DNA of 64,000 bases from Candidatus Latescibacterota bacterium (lineage in GTDB: Bacteria; Latescibacterota; CBDEFO01). The stretch is from NCBI GenBank assembly GCA_965248755.1, contig OZ252149.1, positions 448,001-512,000 of the forward strand. Reading direction: 5' to 3'. The notes beneath the pieces were generated by a model, which was not told the DNA's origin, did not search any database, and saw only the letters and a list, made by a program, of their open reading frames with translations. Within the stretch, counting starts at the first letter, position 1, and each line of letters begins with the position of its first letter. Position numbers and translations under genes: made by a program. Shown here in pieces: positions 19,586-30,359 of the stretch.

Positions 19586-19650
19586 TCACTGTATGTAGCC
19601 CAAAGATTTCAGCCTTTGTATTGTTTCCTCATCGACACTAATTTCTTCCC
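19586..19650 (-). pseudogene. C-terminal remnant of a sulfatase/phosphodiesterase-type protein
   Basis: Minus strand reads EEISVDEETIQRLKSLGYIQ*, abutting IS copy 4. Confidence 0.55.
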
Positions 19651-20267
19651 TATCTGATGTTGACGTATACCCTCTCCTTGAAACGAAGATGCACCCAAAC
19701 CCGCCTGTGACCAAACACCTCTTCTTCGTCCAGTATCCCTCGAATACGAAAAGCAAGGGCTTCATCTACAACGGGCTCTTTGACCGAAGAACTGACACCT
19801 CTATCCTCAAGACTATATAGAGTCAAGCGATGTAACCCCAAAGCCAAAGCTACCACCTTGTGGGAATAGCCTCGACCCAAAAACCACCCACTCAAGGCAA
19901 CCACTTCGTTTTTTTTAGACGGGCTACCTCCTGGAGTATCTCCAACTGGAGCGTCAACTGACCTACCTTTCGCTCCAAACGGCTAACCTCCCGCTCCTTC
20001 GGATCCTTGTGACCACGCCGAGACTTCAGACGCTCATGGCCTCCGTCTAAGAAACTATCACGCCAAGCATACGCCTGCAACTGCCTAATTCCATTCTTCC
20101 GACACATTTCAGATACATCCACTCCTCTCAAAAGAGCCAACACAACCTACGACCTACGGGTCGCCTTCCAGCGCTTACCATCTTCACCTTGGAGCTTGAC
20201 ATCTTAACCTCCCTTCTCAAACCCCAATTTGCAAATTCTTTGTCGCCCTGTCAAGGGGAGCGGTATG
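19650..20267 (-). mobile_element. Decayed, truncated IS3-family copy 4 (inverted)
   Basis: Left end CATACCGCTCCCCTTGACAGGGCGACA on -; degenerate orfA (19892-20143) and 5' orfB (19650-19904). Confidence 0.88.
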
Positions 20268-20694
20268 CCGTTTATTATTTAGCGGTGACCCTGATCACAC
20301 CCTCTGGAGCTAACCGATTAAACAGAGCTATCTGAGAATATAATCTCTTCTTTTTTGACTGTCATTGACTTCAGCAGTTGATATTCAGCGGATCTTCAGG
20401 AAGGGACTCCAAAATAAGGTACGGCAGCCTATCTACGTGGCTTGAGAAGGACATCAAAAAGGTAAAGGATCACGTCACTCTTTTGAAGGGTTTTACAAAA
20501 GTTGGATCAGCTAAGTATCTGGTCAAGATAGTCTGGAGGTGATTATAAAGATCTAAAATAGTAAACAGCACACAAGGAAGGAGGTACCCTGTTTACTCAT
20601 CTGTGGGGTAAACATATATGTCAGATGAAGTCAGCAGATGTCAAGAATCTCTTCCGATTTTCCACCAAATCGCACATGTAGCTCCCATGTTCGG

Positions 20695-21906
20695 TTATTG
20701 CTGAAAGACCTGCTTAGCCCAATCTACTGATTCGAGATAAAGTTCAGGGGCTTCTGTCTCATCTGACTTGAGCTTGGTCGCACATTCGGAAAACCTATCC
20801 CAGTCCCCTCTTTCATAGGCCAAAACTGATTCATATACATCTCCAAAACGGTTCTCCCCACCCAACAAGGCGACCTTAATATCTTCGGATATCGGAAGCT
20901 CCTCTAAAATTTCAGAAATGGGTCGGTCAACAAGGGCGTCTATCAAGGAAAACATCCCCATCAGGAAGAGATCTGAACTCTGCTCTTTCATACGGAGCCC
21001 CGGGGCCATCAACTCGCAAAACCTGGCCCTGATGAGGGAATTCATCACCAACTCCGCCGGCTTATCGTCCCCCATGGCGCTCAGTGCGATAATAGATACC
21101 CACTTTTTGATTTCATCTTTACCCAAGATTATCAAAGCGTGCCTAATGGAGTTAACCTTGTTACGAAATCCAAAGGCGGCGGAATTGGTAAGTTTTAATA
21201 GCTTGTACGAAAGCGAAACCTCCCGTTTGACAATGTCATCCAAATGGTCAAATTCTAATTCTGGCCGGTGGATCTCCTGCAATATTTGGAGATAGTTGAG
21301 CTTGGAGCTGGGAATATCTTGGCCCGAGACGATAACAGGTTTACTAAAAAAATACCCCTGGAAGTAAGAATAACCCATCTCTAATGCCCGGTCGAATTCT
21401 TCTCTGGTCTCCACCTTCTCCGCCAGAAATTTGACTCCCCGGGAAATGAACTCTTGAACAAGCGATTTAATTTCTTCAACTTCTAAATTAATAAGTTCCA
21501 CCTTAATAATATCCGCCAATTCGATTAAGGGTTGAAACTTATCCTCGAAGACAAAATCATCCAGGACCAAAAGATAACCCAATTGCTTCAAACTCTTACA
21601 GGCGGCTATAACCTCTTCATCGGGTTCCACATTTTCCAGAATCTCCACCGCTACCAATTCTTTTGGTAAAGCACTGATAAACTCACCGACCAACAGATTG
21701 CGCGTAAAATTGATAAAAGCCATCTTACCCTCGGTAAGCTCATCCATACCGATCAAAAGAAAGCTGTTACTGATAACCCTTGACGAGGCTTGGTCGCCGT
21801 CCAGGTTCTCATAAAAGTTGTCAAGCCCGGAGCGAAATAATAGCTCATAAGCCCAGACCTCTAGTTTTTTATCGAAGATCGGCTGTCTGGCCACAAAAAC
21901 TTCCAT
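20695..21906 (-). CDS. EAL + HDOD domain protein (YuxH/PdeH-like c-di-GMP phosphodiesterase)
   Basis: VARQPI, YELLFR, VEILE, LDDF, AEKVET, FQGYFF, then HDOD. Start moved to ATG 21906. Confidence 0.92.
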   Translation of the reverse strand: MEVFVARQPIFDKKLEVWAYELLFRSGLDNFYENLDGDQASSRVISNSFLLIGMDELTEGKMAFINFTRNLLVGEFISALPKELVAVEILENVEPDEEVIAACKSLKQLGYLLVLDDFVFEDKFQPLIELADIIKVELINLEVEEIKSLVQEFISRGVKFLAEKVETREEFDRALEMGYSYFQGYFFSKPVIVSGQDIPSSKLNYLQILQEIHRPELEFDHLDDIVKREVSLSYKLLKLTNSAAFGFRNKVNSIRHALIILGKDEIKKWVSIIALSAMGDDKPAELVMNSLIRARFCELMAPGLRMKEQSSDLFLMGMFSLIDALVDRPISEILEELPISEDIKVALLGGENRFGDVYESVLAYERGDWDRFSECATKLKSDETEAPELYLESVDWAKQVFQQ

Positions 21907-22261
21907 AGCTAAACTCCCTGTGCTTCGTATAACAAGATTTTCCAGCAAGGCTTTCGGTGAACCCCAAGAGCACCAAATTAGAAAGCTAATATTAGGTATA
22001 AACATAACACACATAATCCACAAAGTCAAGTAAAAATACAATCTTCTATATCCTGATATTTTATAATATGATAGCTAAAGTCACATAGGTCTACACGTAC
22101 AGGCACCGTCTCTGCGTCCCTCTTGAATCAAGAGGACACTCTGGAAATCTGCGCATGTCCGCTCTGAAACGGGGCAAAAACATTCCCTTGACAACAACGG
22201 TTTTTTCCATTATCATACGTATGAGGAAAGATCAATCTTAAAGATTGGAGTCCGTTATAAG

Positions 22262-22630
22262 ATGGATATAGTTGAGGACAAAGAGATAGATACTTGCGAT
22301 GTGGTGTTTGTGGACGAGGAGAAGATCAACAGCATAAGAGCCAATATGAAGTCCAAAGAGATAATAAACAGCCTCTCAGAGACGTTCAGTGTGCTGAGCG
22401 ACCCGACGAGACTGAAGATTGTGCTGGCTCTTTCCGATGCTGAACTCTGCGTCTGCGACATTGCGAACCTTTTGAGCATGAGCAATTCTGCCATATCACA
22501 TCAGTTGAGGATTCTGAGAAACCTCAGGCTAGTAAAGTATGAAAAAAGGGGTAAAATGGTCTATTACTCACTGGACGATTTCCACATCGAAAATTTGATA
22601 GGCGAGGGATTGAAACACGTGGAGGAGTAA
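22262..22630 (+). CDS. cadC: ArsR/SmtB-family metal-sensing repressor (CadC-like)
   Basis: DPTRLKI, ELCVCDIA, SAISHQLR; alpha5 site DDFH...EGLKHVEE. Confidence 0.88.
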   Translation: MDIVEDKEIDTCDVVFVDEEKINSIRANMKSKEIINSLSETFSVLSDPTRLKIVLALSDAELCVCDIANLLSMSNSAISHQLRILRNLRLVKYEKRGKMVYYSLDDFHIENLIGEGLKHVEE

Positions 22631-22646
22631 TTTTTTTGGAGTAACC

Positions 22647-22664
22647 ATTGAATAGTTGTTCAAT
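22647..22664. promoter_or_regulatory. SmtB/CadC-type operator palindrome
   Basis: ATTGAATAGTTGTTCAAT inverted repeat between cadC and cadA. Confidence 0.6.
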
Positions 22665-22688
22665 TGATTGTATATGGAGAATGTTATT

Positions 22689-25055
22689 ATGTCTCTATCC
22701 GATGTCTGTGATTTGCGCCTTAAGATTAAGGATATGGACTGTCCGGCTTGCGCCTCAAAGATAGAGCGTGGTGTTTTGTCTTTGGATGGCGTCGAGACCG
22801 CCAGAGTCGATTTTGTGAAGGGAAGTCTAGTGGCGAAAATAGATGAGGCAAAAATCGATATAGCCAACATCGCCTTTCAGATCCAAAAGTTGGGTTACGA
22901 TGTGATTCAGGAGGGCGATTCTTCACAGAGTAGTAGCACCACAAATTCCGTATTTAAAGTTGAGGATATGGACTGTGCAGATGAGGCCTTTCTGATAGAG
23001 AGAAAATTGAAGTCTTTGGAAGGCGTAGAGGAATCTAGCTTCAATTTTGTGGCTCGGACGATGACGGTGAAGCACAAAATAAAGGATGAGGACATAGAAA
23101 GGGCTTTAGCTGAAATAGGTTTCCAGGCGACAGTTCAAAGTGATAAGGAAGATGAAGGAGCGTTTTGGGAGAAGCATAAAAAGACGGTTTTAACAATCGG
23201 ATCTGGGATATTTACCCTTTTGGGGTTTGCGCTTTGGTACTCCGGATTCGAAGAAAACATAGTTATTCCGATATATGTCCTGGCTATGACTTTGGGAGGA
23301 CTGCAAATTGCAAAGAAGGGATTGGCTGCGGTGAGGAATCTTTCATTGGATATGAACTTCCTTATGACAATCGCCGTGATAGGAGCCGCTGCAATAGGAG
23401 AATGGCTAGAGGGTGCGATGATTATATTCTTGTTCTCTTTAGCTCAGCTGCTTGAGATCCTCAGCATGGACAAAGCAAGAAATGCCATCGGTTCGCTGAT
23501 GGACCTTTCGCCGGCTGAGGCTACGGTCAAAAGAGACGGCGGGCAGATGAAGCTTGCAGTTGAGGACGTGCAGATAGAAGATGTAATGGTGGTAAAGCCC
23601 GGTGAGAAGATAGCCCTGGATGGAGTTGTTCTGTCTGGAACTTCAGCTGTGAATCAGGCACCGATGACGGGGGAGTCGATCCCTGTCGAGAAGTCAACGG
23701 GAGATGAAGTCTATGCGGGGACCATAAATGGAGGAGGATCCCTCGATGTTAAGGTAACTAAGCTATCGATGGATACGACCCTAAAAAGGATTATTCATAT
23801 GGTGGAGGAGGCGCAGAGCAGAAGGGCTCCATCTCAGAACTTCGTGGATAAGTTCACAAAGTATTACACTCCGACTGTGATAGCGGGGGCCGTAGGAGTG
23901 GCAACAGTACCCTGGCTCTTTTTCGAAGCACCTTTTGGACACTGGTTTTACAGGGCCTTGGTGCTTCTGGTTATATCGTGTCCGTGTGCCTTGGTGATCT
24001 CGACTCCGGTGTCAATAGTCTCAGGCATTATGAGCGCGGCAAAAAGAGGCGTGCTGATCAAGGGAGGGCTACATTTAGAGAACACAGGAACAATAAGGGC
24101 TTTAGCCTTTGACAAGACAGGTACACTGACCGAAGGAAGACCGTACGTAGACGAGATCATTTCGATAAATTCTTTCTCCCACAAGGAGATAATAGAGATC
24201 GCGGCTTCTGTGGAGTCGAGGTCTGAACATCACCTAGCACAGGCTATCGTAGAGAAGGGTAAAGAAATAGGCATAGACATTAAGGAGAGCAAAGATCTCC
24301 AGATCATATCGGGTATGGGGGTTCAAGCTGAAGTTAAGGGATGGGATAAAAAGGGGAAATTATTCATTGGAAATCACCGTCTTGTAGAGGAAAGAGGACT
24401 ATGTAGCCCTGAGATAGAGGCTCATTTAAATCGGTTGGAATCGGAGGGTAAGACAGCTGTGATTTTGGGAGATGAACAGGGTGTGATAGGGATTATGTCT
24501 ATTTCAGATAGGGTCAGAAAGGGGAGTAAGGAGGTTATAGAGGAACTCCACAAAAGCGGAATCCAAAAGATTATTATGCTGACAGGAGATAACAAAGGGA
24601 CCGCTGATGCCATCGCCAAAGAATTGGGGATAGATGAATATAAGGCTGAGCTTTTACCACAGGACAAGATGGATACGGTTGAACAGCTAAGAGCAAAGTA
24701 CGGAAAGGTGGCGATGGTCGGAGACGGCGTGAACGACGCTCCTGCTTTAGCGGCCTCGACCGTAGGGATAGCTATGGGAGCAATAGGGACAGATACGGCC
24801 TTAGAGACGGCTGATATAGCGCTCATGTCGGACGATCTTTCCAAACTGCCTTACACTGTGGAACTTTCAAGGAAGACAGTCACCACTATAAAGGAGAACA
24901 TATTCCTTTCGATTCTGATCAAAGTCCTCTTCTTGGCTCTTGCAATAGGCGGCATGGCCACCTTGTGGATGGCTGTAGCTGCGGATATGGGTGCGTCGCT
25001 CCTGGTGATCTTCAACGGCTTGAAAGTGCTTAGGTTTCGGGCTAAACAAGAGTAG
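22689..25055 (+). CDS. cadA: Zn/Cd/Pb-translocating P1B-2 ATPase
   Basis: HMA domains MDCPAC and MDCADE, TGES, SCPC, DKTGT, GDGVNDAP, ADMG. Confidence 0.93.
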   Translation: MSLSDVCDLRLKIKDMDCPACASKIERGVLSLDGVETARVDFVKGSLVAKIDEAKIDIANIAFQIQKLGYDVIQEGDSSQSSSTTNSVFKVEDMDCADEAFLIERKLKSLEGVEESSFNFVARTMTVKHKIKDEDIERALAEIGFQATVQSDKEDEGAFWEKHKKTVLTIGSGIFTLLGFALWYSGFEENIVIPIYVLAMTLGGLQIAKKGLAAVRNLSLDMNFLMTIAVIGAAAIGEWLEGAMIIFLFSLAQLLEILSMDKARNAIGSLMDLSPAEATVKRDGGQMKLAVEDVQIEDVMVVKPGEKIALDGVVLSGTSAVNQAPMTGESIPVEKSTGDEVYAGTINGGGSLDVKVTKLSMDTTLKRIIHMVEEAQSRRAPSQNFVDKFTKYYTPTVIAGAVGVATVPWLFFEAPFGHWFYRALVLLVISCPCALVISTPVSIVSGIMSAAKRGVLIKGGLHLENTGTIRALAFDKTGTLTEGRPYVDEIISINSFSHKEIIEIAASVESRSEHHLAQAIVEKGKEIGIDIKESKDLQIISGMGVQAEVKGWDKKGKLFIGNHRLVEERGLCSPEIEAHLNRLESEGKTAVILGDEQGVIGIMSISDRVRKGSKEVIEELHKSGIQKIIMLTGDNKGTADAIAKELGIDEYKAELLPQDKMDTVEQLRAKYGKVAMVGDGVNDAPALAASTVGIAMGAIGTDTALETADIALMSDDLSKLPYTVELSRKTVTTIKENIFLSILIKVLFLALAIGGMATLWMAVAADMGASLLVIFNGLKVLRFRAKQE

Positions 25056-25339
25056 GAATTCTTTTTTGTTCGGCAAAGAAAGACCATGGTTTTGGCATAA
25101 GTAGTATTCGGAGCAAGGTGCTTGAAATGAAAACAAAGAAGTAGATTTCAACATCTGGTAAGTTCACTTAATCCACGAAGTCCTGAACCACCATCACTGA
25201 TCAAGATCGATCCCAGCGATCTGTTGTCCGCTACGCCTCCTGCCACACTCCGACCTATACACTCACAATTTCCATCGAGGAATGGACGGCATCGGCCCAT
25301 GCGCGGCAGATTAGTCACGAGCCACGTTTTGAACCCGTT

Positions 25340-25801
25340 CTGTGTCGTTCTGACGTAAGATGCATTGGATCAGACTTTGGCCGTGAACGTGCGCGCGGTG
25401 ATGATTGTTTCACAGGTGGTGTCGCGAGGCATGATTGAACGAGGAAGGGGCGGTACAATTGTGAATATCTCCAGCCAGGCATATAAGGTCGCCCCACCCG
25501 ATCACACAACCTACTGTATATCAAAGGGCGCATTAGACCAGCTGACACGCATGATGGCTTTGGAACTTGGAAAGCACAACATCCGTGTCATCGCCCGAAT
25601 GCGACTCTGACGATGACGCCGATGGCCAAGATGGCTTGGAGCAATCCGGACAAATCGAAAGATATGCTCGCCAAAAGTCCCTTAGGTCACTTTGCAGAAC
25701 CGCAAGATGTGGCACGTACCGCAGTCTATTTACTCAGCGATCAGACAGATATGATCCACGGCGCTACCCTGCCGATAGACGGTGGATCCCTGTCCAACTA
25801 A
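25340..25801 (+). pseudogene. SDR oxidoreductase fragment (L-xylulose reductase-like), 5'-missing and frameshifted
   Basis: [15 protein letters not shown] in 25365-25610; continuation TPMAK...PIDGG in 25613-25801. Confidence 0.8.
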
Positions 25802-26077
25802 CTCCGCACTGCAGTTGATCCGCATGAGATACATGGGCAGTCGAACCGGGGGCCATCTACTTACTCATTAACTCATCCCCTGGGTATGCTAGAACCACTC
25901 GAGGTGCACGTCCCGGGGCACGTATTTGTGGATGCAAACGACAACGAATAGTTTGATGCCGCGATCGCTGTCTTTGTGGTGCGCCTGTCACCCTGGTGAG
26001 AGGGTCTGTCGAACGAAGATAGATTGACGAGGGTGGTTGATGGGTCGCGGAACGACCCAGTCCGCTAGAAATCCGCC

Positions 26078-26866
26078 TCAGTCATCCTTTACAGGCATAT
26101 AATCTCTCTTGCGAATCATCCGTAAAACCCAATAAACGGTTACAGCAGCAAAGAGATGCTTTACAGTATGACCGCTCACTATCTCCTCTAAGGCGAAGAT
26201 CTGCCTATCCAGTATCTCACCTGTCTTTGCCAACGCGTAAAATGCCAATACTCCCCAAATATCTCCACCCCTGGTGTATTTAGGGGAGAAAAAGAATAAG
26301 AGTAAGGGAATAAGCAGCAAAGGATAGAATTGGACTAGGATGTAGGGACGCAGATCGCCGGCACCTGTTTGCTCGCTCATATGCCAATAAATCACACTGG
26401 AGGTGCCTAAAATCAACAGAGGGAGGAGTGAGAACAAGCCGGCTTTTAGGCTAATCCTTTCGGCTATGATTGACGTTAGGAAAGACATAAAGATAATGGC
26501 CATCGGCAGGCGGTCCCAGACCAGTCGTCCGTTGTTTGGCAACAGATGATAATAGGCCGATCCAAAGCCGGTGAGAAATGCCCCGAAGAAAAACCCCACA
26601 TAGGGCCAGTATACCCATCTATCAGCGGAGGTTTTGCGATCACTCGATAGAATTCGTCCCCATAGAAAACATAAACCGATCCCGCCGATTAAAACAAAGG
26701 GAGCATTGGAGACCACGTTGAAGAAATTAGGAAGGCCCCAAAAGGCACGTCGGTCAGCAAATTGGTGATATTCTGGGTCTTGAGGAATACGCGGCAGAGC
26801 TGCACCGCTCACTACAACTGCTAAACTCAGACCCCCTACCAACAGAAGCCATGTGCTACGATTCAT
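26078..26866 (-). CDS. Ceramidase-like (CREST superfamily) membrane protein
   Basis: YHQFADRR, SNAPF, GSAYYH, WDRLPM, SGHTVKH. Confidence 0.85.
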   Translation of the reverse strand: MNRSTWLLLVGGLSLAVVVSGAALPRIPQDPEYHQFADRRAFWGLPNFFNVVSNAPFVLIGGIGLCFLWGRILSSDRKTSADRWVYWPYVGFFFGAFLTGFGSAYYHLLPNNGRLVWDRLPMAIIFMSFLTSIIAERISLKAGLFSLLPLLILGTSSVIYWHMSEQTGAGDLRPYILVQFYPLLLIPLLLFFFSPKYTRGGDIWGVLAFYALAKTGEILDRQIFALEEIVSGHTVKHLFAAVTVYWVLRMIRKRDYMPVKDD

Positions 26867-26917
26867 GCTTATTCATCCCCTTCAAGACCTCAGCCAAACC
26901 TGAGCGGAAAATTAAGA

Positions 26918-28624
26918 TTAGCCGCACAATTCGTGTGCTTCACCGACACCTCGGGGAATGCGAATCTCCTCTACAAGCTCCTGTATCTCTTTAGGCGGCG
27001 CGTGCGATGCCAAAGATACAAACCCCGCCACGAGGAAGTTCAACACCATGCCGAGTGTCCCGATACCCTCGGGTGATATGCCAAACCACCAATGTTCTTT
27101 TGAGTTAAGTTCAGGACTTATAAACTTGAAAGTGATGATGTAACCCGCCGTAAACGTAATCCCGGTGATCATCCCACTGATAGCGCCGTATTTGTTAATG
27201 CGCTTCGAGAAGATGCCCATTACGATCACCGGGAAGAATGAAGAAGCAGCCAGACCGAATGCAAACGCAACCACCTCTGCGACGAAGCCGGGCGGGTTCA
27301 TACCGAAGTAACCGGCAATGCACACAGCAATCCCTGCTGATACTCGTGCAGTAATCAACTCCCCTCTCTCGCTAATCTGTGGATAAATCTCCTTTTTGAA
27401 CAGGTCGTGCGCGATAGATGTGGCAATCACCAGCAGTAATCCTGCAGCTGTCGAGAGCGCTGCAGCCAGTCCTCCCGCTGCAACAAGACCCACGACCCAG
27501 TTCGGGAGCTTGGCGATCTCGGGATTTGCAAGCACCATGATGTCTCGATCTATCGTCAGTTCATTTTCGACATCCGATCCGGGACCACGATATTGGATAA
27601 CATTGTCCCCGTTCTTATCATCGAATCGGATTAGACCAGTCTTCTCCCAATTTTCAAACCAGTCCGGAACCTCCTCATAGTGTGTATTTGAGATCGTTGT
27701 GAGCAGATTCGTCCGGACAAATGCAGCCACCGCAGGTGCCGTCGTATACAAAAGCGCAATGAACACCAATGCCCAACCGGCAGAACTGCGCGCCTGAGCG
27801 ACCTTCGGCACGGTATAGAAACGTACAATTACGTGTGGCAATCCGGCTGTTCCGACCATCAGTGCCGCAGTAATGAAGAAGATGTCGATCGTGCCCTTGC
27901 GACCATCAGTGTACGCGTTGAAGCCGAGCTCGCGACTGAGTCCATCGAGCCTGTCGAGCAGGTATTGACCCGAGCCGTCAGCCAACCTCCCACCGAAACC
28001 GATCTGCGGGACGATTTCTCCTGTCATCAGGAGGGAAATAAAGATTGCCGGCACAAGGTAGGCAAAGATCAATACACAGTACTGTGCAACCTGCGTGTAA
28101 GTTATGCCCTTCATTCCTCCCAGCACAGCGTAGAAGAACACAATCCCCATTCCGATCAGCACACCCGAGGCAATATCAACGTCTAGATACCGTGAAAATA
28201 CGATCCCCACCCCGCGCATCTGTCCCGCAACATACGTGAAGGACACAAAGAGGGCGCAAACGATCGCAACCAAGCGAGCCGCTCGAGAGTAATACCTGTC
28301 GCCGACAAAATCCGGCACGGTATATTTGCCGAATTTGCGCAGATACGGTGCCAACAGCAGCGCCAGCAATACATAACCGCCAGTCCAACCCATAAGATAG
28401 ACGGATCCATCCCGGCCCATAAACGAGATGAGGCCGGCCATCGAAATAAACGAGGCAGCGCTCATCCAGTCCGCGGCTGTCGCCATGCCGTTCATAACCG
28501 GCGGTACGTTGCTGCCTGCTATGTAGAACTCGCTTGTGGATCTGGCCTTTGACCAGATCGCAACACCGATATAGAGCGCAAACGATAAACTAACCAACAA
28601 GAATGTCCAGGCCTGTACGTTCAT
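26918..28624 (-). CDS. Sodium:solute symporter (ActP/VC2705-like)
   Basis: ATAADWMSAASF, GTAGLPH, multi-TM; paired with DUF4212. Confidence 0.92.
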   Translation of the reverse strand: MNVQAWTFLLVSLSFALYIGVAIWSKARSTSEFYIAGSNVPPVMNGMATAADWMSAASFISMAGLISFMGRDGSVYLMGWTGGYVLLALLLAPYLRKFGKYTVPDFVGDRYYSRAARLVAIVCALFVSFTYVAGQMRGVGIVFSRYLDVDIASGVLIGMGIVFFYAVLGGMKGITYTQVAQYCVLIFAYLVPAIFISLLMTGEIVPQIGFGGRLADGSGQYLLDRLDGLSRELGFNAYTDGRKGTIDIFFITAALMVGTAGLPHVIVRFYTVPKVAQARSSAGWALVFIALLYTTAPAVAAFVRTNLLTTISNTHYEEVPDWFENWEKTGLIRFDDKNGDNVIQYRGPGSDVENELTIDRDIMVLANPEIAKLPNWVVGLVAAGGLAAALSTAAGLLLVIATSIAHDLFKKEIYPQISERGELITARVSAGIAVCIAGYFGMNPPGFVAEVVAFAFGLAASSFFPVIVMGIFSKRINKYGAISGMITGITFTAGYIITFKFISPELNSKEHWWFGISPEGIGTLGMVLNFLVAGFVSLASHAPPKEIQELVEEIRIPRGVGEAHELCG

Positions 28625-28626
28625 GA

Positions 28627-28896
28627 TTAATTAGGCTCCTGCTCGTCCACGCTGTACTTTCTATCCAGGCGATTCATCAGTTGAACATAGATGAAAATCA
28701 GCACGACGAAGACATAAATCGAACCCTGTTGCGCAAACCAAAAGCCGAGATGAAAACCGCCAATTCTAATTCGATCCAGGTGTTCAACAAAGAGTATCCC
28801 GCAGCCGTAAGACACGATAAACCACACAGCTAAAAGGATACCCAGATAATGGAGATTCTTCCTCCAATATGCCGATTTCTTATCATTTGTCGTCAT
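28627..28896 (-). CDS. DUF4212 small symporter partner subunit
   Basis: YWRKN, LGFWFAQQGSI, MNRLD. Confidence 0.9.
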   Translation of the reverse strand: MTTNDKKSAYWRKNLHYLGILLAVWFIVSYGCGILFVEHLDRIRIGGFHLGFWFAQQGSIYVFVVLIFIYVQLMNRLDRKYSVDEQEPN

Positions 28897-28983
28897 GCTG
28901 TTCCTCCACTATACTCTTGTTGCATGCAGATGTGTTCTGCGTGCTCATGTGATTAAGCCCGATTAATTCATAAACTTGGTGGA

Positions 28984-29104
28984 GTCATTGCGAGGAGCAA
29001 AGCGACGAAGCAATCTCAAGGTTTTATAGTGATCTCCTATGAGAGCCGGAGAGTATTACATCTACCACAGAATCGAGATTGCTTCGCCTTCGGCTCGCAA
29101 TGAC
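28984..29104. repeat. Dispersed palindromic repeat pair (GTCATTGCGAG...GCAATCTC family)
   Basis: gtcattgcgaggagcaaagcgacgaagcaatctc with inverted gagattgcttcgccttcggctcgcaatgac. Confidence 0.8.
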
Positions 29105-29348
29105 ACCGAAGGTAGTTAAACGCATAACTATAATATAATACAATCCCTTAATTAGTACACGGCCTTTTTTTGTGAATTATTCGGGTAAGCAGGTGTCTTG
29201 ACAAAAGTTATGGTATATATTAAATTTGTAGTGAATCCCTGGAAAGGGAGTGAACACAGATCATAAAGACAATATATTAAACTCATATTACGAAAGTCAA
29301 CGTTTATTTTAACAGATAAAATGCGGGAAAGGAGCGAATTCTTCGCAC

Positions 29349-30272
29349 ATGATGGACATACAAGCCGTTGCCTTTGGAGAGATCGTCTTCGACTGTTTCG
29401 AGGACAGCAGCTGTATAGGAGGTGCTCCGCTAAACTTTGCCTGGTATCTCCGCCAGTTTGGCATTTCAGTGGCCATGGTAAGTGCAGTTGGCCAGGATAA
29501 GCTGGGCAATACCGCGCTGCGCCTACTGCATGAGGCGGATATCGACCCATGTTGGGTCTCTCGTAGATCAGAGCCCACAGGTACGGTGGATATCCAGCTG
29601 TTGGATGGCCAGCCAGAATACACGATCAACGAAGGCACAGCCTGGGAATACATAGAGCTTCCATGTGACCTGGGAAAGATACAACCAAGTCTGCTCTATT
29701 TTGGTACGGCGGCGCAGAAGACCCAGGTGAATCGTTCTACCCTTAGAAAACTATGGGCGCTCAAACCCCGCCACTCTTTCTTCGACGTTAATCTGCGCCA
29801 GGACCACTACTCTGATGAAATCGTCCTGGAAGGGCTCAGAGCGGCCACCATTTTGAAACTCAACCACGAGGAGTGGAAAGTAATCCAACAGTTTACCTCT
29901 CTGGAGGCGCCGGCCCAGATCTTAGAGACCTTCGCTCTGGAGATCATAGCCCTGACCCGGGGCAGCCAAGGGGCGGTTGTGTATGTCCACGGTAAAGAGT
30001 ACGAGGCGCAAAGTACCCCGGTAGATGTGGTGGACACTGTCGGCGCCGGAGATGCTTTCAGCGCAGCTCTGGCTGCAGGCGTGATCCAGGGCGCTGATCT
30101 GGAGTATACCTTGCAGGTCGCCTGTAAAGTGGGCACCTATGTGGTGCAGCGCCGGGGAGCGCAAATCGAGCTAGCGAATGAGTTACACGGTGCTTTCGAG
30201 CACAAATCTCCTCCTTTGGATAGAAGAAAACAGCAGAGCCCGCCAAGAACGCCCAAAGTTCCGAGAGAGTAG
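29349..30272 (+). CDS. PfkB-family carbohydrate kinase (fructokinase-like)
   Basis: GGAPLN, DVNLR, KLNHEE, DTVGAGDAF. Confidence 0.9.
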   Translation: MMDIQAVAFGEIVFDCFEDSSCIGGAPLNFAWYLRQFGISVAMVSAVGQDKLGNTALRLLHEADIDPCWVSRRSEPTGTVDIQLLDGQPEYTINEGTAWEYIELPCDLGKIQPSLLYFGTAAQKTQVNRSTLRKLWALKPRHSFFDVNLRQDHYSDEIVLEGLRAATILKLNHEEWKVIQQFTSLEAPAQILETFALEIIALTRGSQGAVVYVHGKEYEAQSTPVDVVDTVGAGDAFSAALAAGVIQGADLEYTLQVACKVGTYVVQRRGAQIELANELHGAFEHKSPPLDRRKQQSPPRTPKVPRE

Positions 30273-30359
30273 ATTCTTTTCGATCCTAGCCTCTCCTTTG
30301 TGCCCTTTGCGGTTCAAGTTACAGCCCGGTCAAAACAAAATCGGGAAGGAGAGAACACG

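Noticed and set aside
22075..22175. c-di-GMP-I riboswitch upstream of the EAL-HDOD gene (GGGACGCAGAG on minus strand)
   Set aside because: No GGCAAA/GNRA tetraloop-receptor architecture; only one hairpin is supported.
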